A DNA stretch of 64,000 bases from Bacillota bacterium (GTDB lineage: Bacteria > Bacillota > JAAYKD01), in assembly GCA_963666425.2 (NCBI GenBank), contig OY762825.2, positions 256,001 to 320,000 on the forward strand, written 5' to 3'. Made by a program: the position numbers and the translations under genes. A model generated the notes under the pieces. The model ran no database searches and had not been told where the DNA came from. It worked only from the letters and a program-made list of their open reading frames with translations. The first letter of the stretch is position 1. Each line of letters begins with the position of its first letter. This document shows, one piece after another, positions 58,759 through 64,000 of the stretch.

Positions 58759-60003
58759 TTAACTCTCACTCTGCAAATGCAGCGCGATTTCCAAAATGGC
58801 CAGTTTGATATGTTCATAGGTCAAGCCACCCTGAACATAGACCGTATAGGGAGCACGCAGCGGCGCATCCGCGCTGAGTTCAATGGAAGCGCCTTGCACA
58901 AACGTGCCGGCCGCCATGATCACCTGATGACTGTAACCCGGCATGTCCCAAGGTTCCGGCACCACATGCGCGTCGACCGGTGAAACCCGTTGCACCGCCC
59001 GGCAGAATTCGATCAGCGGTTTGCTGTCTGGAAAGCGAATTGCCTGAATGATATCGCTGCGCTCCGATTGCCAAGCCGGCGATACATCATAACCGAGTTC
59101 CTGCATGACAAAACCCAGCAAATGCATCCCCTTCACTGCCTGCGCGACCGTGTGCGGGGCTAGAAACAAACCCTGAAACATCAAGCGCTGGCTGTCGCCA
59201 AAGCTGGAGCCCATTTCCAAACCCAAACCGGGCATGCTGTAACGCGAAGCAGCCGCTGCAATCAATTCCTGAGTGCCGGCCAGATAACCGCCGCCGGGCG
59301 CTAAGCCGCCGCCGGGATTCTTGATTAACGATCCAGCAATCAGATCGGCGCCAACATCCGTTGGCTCCAGCAAATCGGTAAATTCACCATAACAGTTGTC
59401 AATAATCACTCGGGTTGTCGGCTGAAGTGCTTTGACTGCTTGGATCGCAAGCTTGATTTCGGCGATGCTGAAAGCATTGCGCCATTCATAACCGCGGGAG
59501 CGCTGAATCAGAACCGCTTTGACATCCGGCGTCAAGACAGCGGCGATGCCCGCAAGGTCAATCTGTTGCTCGGCATCAAGGTCCAGTTGCTTGTAACCGA
59601 TGCCGTAGGCTTTTAGGCTGCCCGCAGCGGACCCCTCCAAACCGATGACCTGCCGCATGGTATCATAAGGCAGCCCGGTCAGCGAAAGCAGACTGTCTCC
59701 CGGGAGTAACGCCGCAAAAAGTGCGGTGCCAACCGCGTGGGTACCGGAAACAAATTGCCCCCGCACCAAAGCGGCTTCGGTATGAAAGACCTTGGCATAG
59801 ACTTGATCCAATACTTCTCTGCCAACATTGCCGTAACCGTAACCGGTGGCCGGCTGCAGATGAAAATCCGAAACCTGACAGGTTCGCATCGCCTGCAAAA
59901 CCTTGCTTTGATTCTGCAAAGCGATTTTGTCCATCCGCTGAAATAGGAGTCTTAAACGCTCTTCCCCGCGCAGGATAATTCCTTCTATGTTTTCTTTAGT
60001 CAT
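58759..60003 (-). CDS. YnbB-like PLP enzyme (methionine gamma-lyase / aluminium-resistance family)
   Basis: TGYGY, SGTHA, QRSRGY, DNCYGEF, GSLIKNPGGG, GASIELSAD. Confidence 0.9.
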   Translation of the reverse strand: MTKENIEGIILRGEERLRLLFQRMDKIALQNQSKVLQAMRTCQVSDFHLQPATGYGYGNVGREVLDQVYAKVFHTEAALVRGQFVSGTHAVGTALFAALLPGDSLLSLTGLPYDTMRQVIGLEGSAAGSLKAYGIGYKQLDLDAEQQIDLAGIAAVLTPDVKAVLIQRSRGYEWRNAFSIAEIKLAIQAVKALQPTTRVIIDNCYGEFTDLLEPTDVGADLIAGSLIKNPGGGLAPGGGYLAGTQELIAAAASRYSMPGLGLEMGSSFGDSQRLMFQGLFLAPHTVAQAVKGMHLLGFVMQELGYDVSPAWQSERSDIIQAIRFPDSKPLIEFCRAVQRVSPVDAHVVPEPWDMPGYSHQVIMAAGTFVQGASIELSADAPLRAPYTVYVQGGLTYEHIKLAILEIALHLQSES

Positions 60004-61288
60004 GCTCTGTTTCCTTACTCTGTTGTAAGCGGCTCAGGATACGCTCCTTAAATGCTTCGTTGCTCTCCAATAGGAGATGCATGCCGTCTTCTTCGGCTGT
60101 CCGCTGCAAAATCGTCGCATTTTCATGAATTAAGTTCAGCAGTTCTCCCTCCTGATAAGAGATGATCACCGCATAAACCGGCCGCTGGCTGGCGAAATAA
60201 TCCTGAATTGCCTGCAGCAGCTGTTCTTTGCCCTGGTTCTCTTTCACCGACACGGCTACCGCACTGGGGTATTCTGCCATGACTTTTTCTAAGACTGACG
60301 GTGTGGTCAGCGCATCGATTTTATTGAAGACGGGAATGATGGTCTGGGTTACCTTCAGCTCTTTCAGGAGATCGATGCAGGTATGCATTTGTTCTTCGTA
60401 ATTATTATCGCTAATATCGATCACATGCAGCAGCAGATCGGCATACTGCAGTTCATCCAGCGTAGAACGGAAAGCCGCAATCAGCTGATGCGGCAGATCA
60501 TGAATGAAACCAACCGTATCGGAAAGCAGAATTTCACGCTTATTGTTCAGACTGAAAGTCCGCGTGACAGAATCCAGGGTGGCGAATAACTTATTTTCCG
60601 CTAATACATTGCTGCCGCTGAGCCAATTTAAGATGCTGCTCTTGCCGGCGTTGGTATACCCCACCAAAGCAACCACTGACATGCAGCTGCGTTGACGCGC
60701 CCCTTTGATGACCTGCCGGCGCTTGCCGACTTCGTCGATTTCTTTCTGCAGAAAATTGATGCGGTCGCGAATAGTCCGTCTGTCCTGCTCCAGCTTGCTT
60801 TCACCGGGACCGCGTGTGCCGATACCGCCGCCTAAGCGGGATAAGGAACTGCCCATACCAGCCAAACGGGGTAAGGTATAATTCATCTGCGCCAATTCCA
60901 CCTGCAATTTGCCTTCGCTGCTTTGCGCACGCTGGGCGAAGATATCCAGAATCAGCTGATTGCGGTCGAGAACACGGCAAGTGATCACTTCACTGATGTT
61001 CCTTAATTGGGATGGGCTCAGCTCATCGTTGAAAATCACCAGATCTGCCTGCATTTCTTCGGCGTAGAGACCGATTTCCTCAGTTTTACCTTTGCCGATA
61101 TAAAAAGCGCTGTCCGGGTGCGGCAATCTTTGAATAAATGTCTGCAGCACTTCAGCACCGGCCGTATCTGCCAGTGCAGCCAATTCCTTGATGCTTTCGT
61201 TGATATCCCAACTTTGCTTTGGCAGCTGTAAAGCAACCAAAATGGCGATTTCTTTTTTATTTTCTTCTGTGTTTTGTGTTGTTTTCAT
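59996..61288 (-). CDS. hflX: GTPase HflX
   Basis: ILDIFAQRA, GGGIGTRGPGE, GYTNAGKS, FATLD, DTVGF, NKID. Confidence 0.97.
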   Translation of the reverse strand: MKTTQNTEENKKEIAILVALQLPKQSWDINESIKELAALADTAGAEVLQTFIQRLPHPDSAFYIGKGKTEEIGLYAEEMQADLVIFNDELSPSQLRNISEVITCRVLDRNQLILDIFAQRAQSSEGKLQVELAQMNYTLPRLAGMGSSLSRLGGGIGTRGPGESKLEQDRRTIRDRINFLQKEIDEVGKRRQVIKGARQRSCMSVVALVGYTNAGKSSILNWLSGSNVLAENKLFATLDSVTRTFSLNNKREILLSDTVGFIHDLPHQLIAAFRSTLDELQYADLLLHVIDISDNNYEEQMHTCIDLLKELKVTQTIIPVFNKIDALTTPSVLEKVMAEYPSAVAVSVKENQGKEQLLQAIQDYFASQRPVYAVIISYQEGELLNLIHENATILQRTAEEDGMHLLLESNEAFKERILSRLQQSKETEHD

Positions 61289-61367
61289 AAATTCCTTTCC
61301 TTTGGCAGGGACTCTGTTCCCGTTCTGCTGCAATAGTTGCTCATCAATATCGTTCTATCTATTTTAT

Positions 61368-61395
61368 ATTCGACTCCTTGAGTCCAAATCCCTTT
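61368..61395 (-). promoter_or_regulatory. SigH-like promoter of hflX
   Basis: AAAGGG-N15-GTCGAAT. Confidence 0.6.
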
Positions 61396-61428
61396 TCGAA
61401 CGGATCAGGCAGAATATGACTCTAGAAC

Positions 61429-61457
61429 TTTACATTTGTTAAAATCTGATGTAAAAT
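61429..61457 (+). promoter_or_regulatory. SigA promoter of the oxidoreductase operon
   Basis: TTTACA-17-TAAAAT. Confidence 0.55.
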
Positions 61458-61529
61458 CCCCTTAGAATTCGTTTGACGTCATACGCTGTGATTACTTTTT
61501 TAGGTGATGAAAGAAAGGTGGGAAAAGGA

Positions 61530-62612
61530 ATGGCGAAATTGAAAGTTGGAATCATCGGCTGCGGCGGTATCGCCAATGGCAAGCATTTGCCGGCATTAGC
61601 TAAAAATCAGGATGTAGAAATGGTGGCTTTCTGCGATATCATCTTGGAGCGAGCTGAAAAAGCGGCTCTGGAATATGGCACCCCATCTGCGAAGATTTAT
61701 CGAGACTACAAAGAATTATTGGCGGATCCACAAATTGATGTGGTTCATGTGTTAACCCCCAACCGCGAACACAGCTTTATTTCCATCGATGCTCTCTACG
61801 CCGGCAAACACGTTTTGTGCGAAAAACCAATGGCCAAAAGTTACAACGAAGCGAAACAAATGTTGGAAGCAGCGCAAGCAACCGGAAAATTACTTTCCAT
61901 CGGTTATCAAACCAGATGCAGCGCGGCTTCGCTTTATTTGAAAAGCGCATGCGAAGCCGGCGAATTGGGAGAAATCTATTTTGCCAAAGCACATGCCATT
62001 CGCCGCCGCGCGGTACCGACTTGGGGTGTCTTTCTCAACGAAGAAGAGCAAGGCGGCGGTCCTTTGATCGATATCGGCACGCATGCCTTGGATCTCACGC
62101 TTTGGCTGATGGATAACTACCAACCGCAGCTGGTGGTTGGCACGACTTATCATAAGCTGGCTGATCAGCGTCAGACGGCCAATGCCTGGGGTGACTGGGA
62201 TCCGCAAGAATTCACAGTTGAGGATTCCGCCTTTGGTTTTATTAAGATGCAAAATGGTGCCACCATCATCTTGGAATCCAGTTGGGCTCTGAATACCCTG
62301 GACGTGAAAGAAGCGAAATGCAGTCTGTGCGGCAGCAAAGCCGGGGCTGACATGGAAAACGGGGTTCGAATCAATGGAGTCAAATTTGGTAAACAATACA
62401 TTGAAGAACCGAATTTGAAGAGTGGCGGGGTAGCTTTTTATGAGGGAGATGCGAATATTACTCCAGAAGATCTGGAAAATCGTAATTTCTATGATGCAAT
62501 CCTCTACGGCAAAGAACTGCGCGTCAAACCGGAACAGGCCCTTGTGGTGACCCGCATTCTGGAAGCTATTTACGAATCCGCCAAAAGCGGCAAAGCCGTT
62601 TATTTTAACTAA
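61530..62612 (+). CDS. Gfo/Idh/MocA family oxidoreductase
   Basis: GIIGCGGIA, GKHVLCEKP, GGGPLIDIGTH. Confidence 0.93.
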   Translation: MAKLKVGIIGCGGIANGKHLPALAKNQDVEMVAFCDIILERAEKAALEYGTPSAKIYRDYKELLADPQIDVVHVLTPNREHSFISIDALYAGKHVLCEKPMAKSYNEAKQMLEAAQATGKLLSIGYQTRCSAASLYLKSACEAGELGEIYFAKAHAIRRRAVPTWGVFLNEEEQGGGPLIDIGTHALDLTLWLMDNYQPQLVVGTTYHKLADQRQTANAWGDWDPQEFTVEDSAFGFIKMQNGATIILESSWALNTLDVKEAKCSLCGSKAGADMENGVRINGVKFGKQYIEEPNLKSGGVAFYEGDANITPEDLENRNFYDAILYGKELRVKPEQALVVTRILEAIYESAKSGKAVYFN

Positions 62613-62699
62613 AGATTCAGTCAGCCTCTCACTGCAGCAACGGCAAAAAAAAACGACCGTTTGCAGCCTGCGTTGATTTTTGATGAAAAGGATGGTGTT

Positions 62700-63674
62700 A
62701 TGATGAAACTTGGCGTCTTTACAACTCTTTTATCAGACCGTTCTCTTGATGATGCACTCAGTTTCCTGCACAAAAAAGGTGTAGAAGCCATAGAAATCGG
62801 CTGCGGCGGTTATCCGGGCACAGCGCACGCCGATCCGGCAATTCTGCTGCAGGATACAGCAAAACGAACTGCATTTCAGGCAACTGTTGCCAAATATAAC
62901 ATGACAATCAGCGGATTAAGCTGCCACTGCAATCCGCTTCACCCCAATGCAGAAGTTGCTCGTCAGGCAGATGAAACCCTGACCCGTACGATTCTGCTGG
63001 CAGAAAAGCTCAACATCCGTGTCATCAATACCTTCAGCGGCTGTCCCGGCGACAGTGCAGCTGCACAATATCCGAATTGGGTCACGTGTCCCTGGCCGGA
63101 AGATTTTCAAACGGTGCTGCAGTGGCAGTGGCAGGAAGTTTTGATTCCCTATTGGAAAAAGAAAACAGCCTTTGCCAAAGCGCATGCTGTAGATAAAATC
63201 GCTTTGGAAATGCACCCCGGTTTCTGTGTTTATAATCCGGAAACAGCCCTCAAACTGCGACAAGCTGTCGGACCGGAGCTTGGTGTCAATTTTGATCCAA
63301 GCCATTTGATCTGGCAGGGTATTGATCCGGTCATTGCGATTAAAAACTTAGGCAAAGCCGGTGCGCTCTTTCATTTTCATGCCAAGGACACTAAAATTGA
63401 CTGTGCAAATACCGCCTGTAACGGCGTACTTGACACCAAACCTTACAGCGATGAAATGAACCGATCCTGGATATTTCGCACTGTCGGTTATGGTAATGAT
63501 GCTTCTTATTGGAAAGAAATAATTTCCACTTTAGTTTTGATTGGATTTGATAATTCTTTGTCGATTGAGCACGAAGACAGCTTGATGAGCATCAATGAAG
63601 GTTTAAGCAAAGCGATTGATTTTTTGCGTGAAGTCATGATCCGCGAAAAAAAAGACGCCATCTGGTGGGCGTAA
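62700..63674 (+). CDS. Sugar phosphate isomerase/epimerase (xylose-isomerase-like TIM barrel)
   Basis: EIG.GGY, ALEMHPG, NFDPSH, HFHAKD, SIEHED, WWA end. Confidence 0.9.
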   Translation: MMKLGVFTTLLSDRSLDDALSFLHKKGVEAIEIGCGGYPGTAHADPAILLQDTAKRTAFQATVAKYNMTISGLSCHCNPLHPNAEVARQADETLTRTILLAEKLNIRVINTFSGCPGDSAAAQYPNWVTCPWPEDFQTVLQWQWQEVLIPYWKKKTAFAKAHAVDKIALEMHPGFCVYNPETALKLRQAVGPELGVNFDPSHLIWQGIDPVIAIKNLGKAGALFHFHAKDTKIDCANTACNGVLDTKPYSDEMNRSWIFRTVGYGNDASYWKEIISTLVLIGFDNSLSIEHEDSLMSINEGLSKAIDFLREVMIREKKDAIWWA

Positions 63675-63756
63675 AAGCGCGGGTCAGAATTTAAATTAGC
63701 ATAACATACAATCAGTTTTAAATTAAAGCAAACAAGCATTTCAGCTATTTCCAACC

Positions 63757-63831
63757 AAAAAAACCGCAGGCATCCTGCAGCGAAGCCTCACCCTTTAAGG
63801 TCGAGCTAGCGGAAGGATGCCCAGCGGTTTT
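63757..63831. repeat. Compound hairpin with a 5' A-run (terminator-like; element C)
   Basis: AAAACCGC/GCGGTTTT, GGCATCCT/AGGATGCC, inner GCGAAGC-CTCACC-CTTTAA-GGTCGAG. Confidence 0.6.
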
Positions 63832-63843
63832 GACATCAATGGT

Positions 63844-63885
63844 TCATCTAGACAATGAGTGACGCGGAATGGTCAAGACCATTCC
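63844..63885. promoter_or_regulatory. Two GntR/HutC (NagR/DasR-like) operator candidates
   Basis: GGAATGGTC-aa-GACCATTCC palindrome (63866-63885) and TCATCTAGACAA (63844-63855), similar to TGGTCTAGACCA. Confidence 0.5.
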
Positions 63886-63935
63886 CTACCTTGCACAATG
63901 TTTATAACATATCTGCAATAGTTTATATATAAATG

Positions 63936-63998
63936 CCAAAATACTCGGATAAAACGATTAAACACATGGGTCAAAACACCAAAATACTTGGATAATAC
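63936..63998 (+). repeat. 20-bp imperfect direct repeat, period 43 bp
   Basis: CCAAAATACTCGGATAAAAC and CCAAAATACTTGGATAATAC. Confidence 0.6.
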
Positions 63999-64000
63999 TT

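Noticed and set aside
341-63754. Numerous short ORFs antisense to or nested in clear genes (e.g. 5187-5732, 35765-36334, 38301-38846, 61890-62396)
   Set aside because: Shadow frames of well-supported genes with no recognisable motifs
1-64000. CRISPR array, rRNA, intact transposase, integrase, prophage or known defence system
   Set aside because: No repeat-spacer series, rRNA-like sequence or matching protein motifs observed

Overview
64 kb of a Bacillota (Firmicutes) chromosome, probably an anaerobic clostridia-like lineage; most genes are on the minus strand. 1-23 kb is accessory: a MalT-like LuxR regulator, a DUF2975/XRE/DUF4173 module, a FabX-like flavoprotein, a signalling cluster (two paralogous membrane histidine kinases, an Rcp1-like receiver, an orphan solute-binding lipoprotein and a REC-PAS-GGDEF-HD-GYP enzyme), a GNAT plus methyltransferase pair, a double GT2, a decayed IS200/IS605 right end and an AT-rich islet next to tRNA-Ala(CGC). 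23-62 kb is mostly core: three M42 peptidases with DUF4438, a solitary sigH, tRNA-Pro(GGG), recN-argR-dxs-ispA-xseBA-TsaD paralog-nusB, efp, an Xaa-Pro peptidase, a type IV pilus/competence locus, a GH127, MarR-DUF6544-ABC, U32-mltG-DUF1292-ruvX-ireB-ynbB-hflX, then a sugar oxidoreductase/epimerase pair. Best leads: (1) a putative SigH regulon motif, AGG(A/G)-N15-RYCGAA, in front of the pilus locus, ireB and hflX, in a region lacking the sporulation genes usually found here; (2) a layered sigH upstream region with a terminated leader and an opposing SigH-like promoter; (3) a pilus operon whose pilC appears to start at ACG and whose PilD is only the N-terminal half; (4) a transporter-less binding protein wired to c-di-GMP signalling. 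All calls come from reading motifs by eye; no database searches were run.
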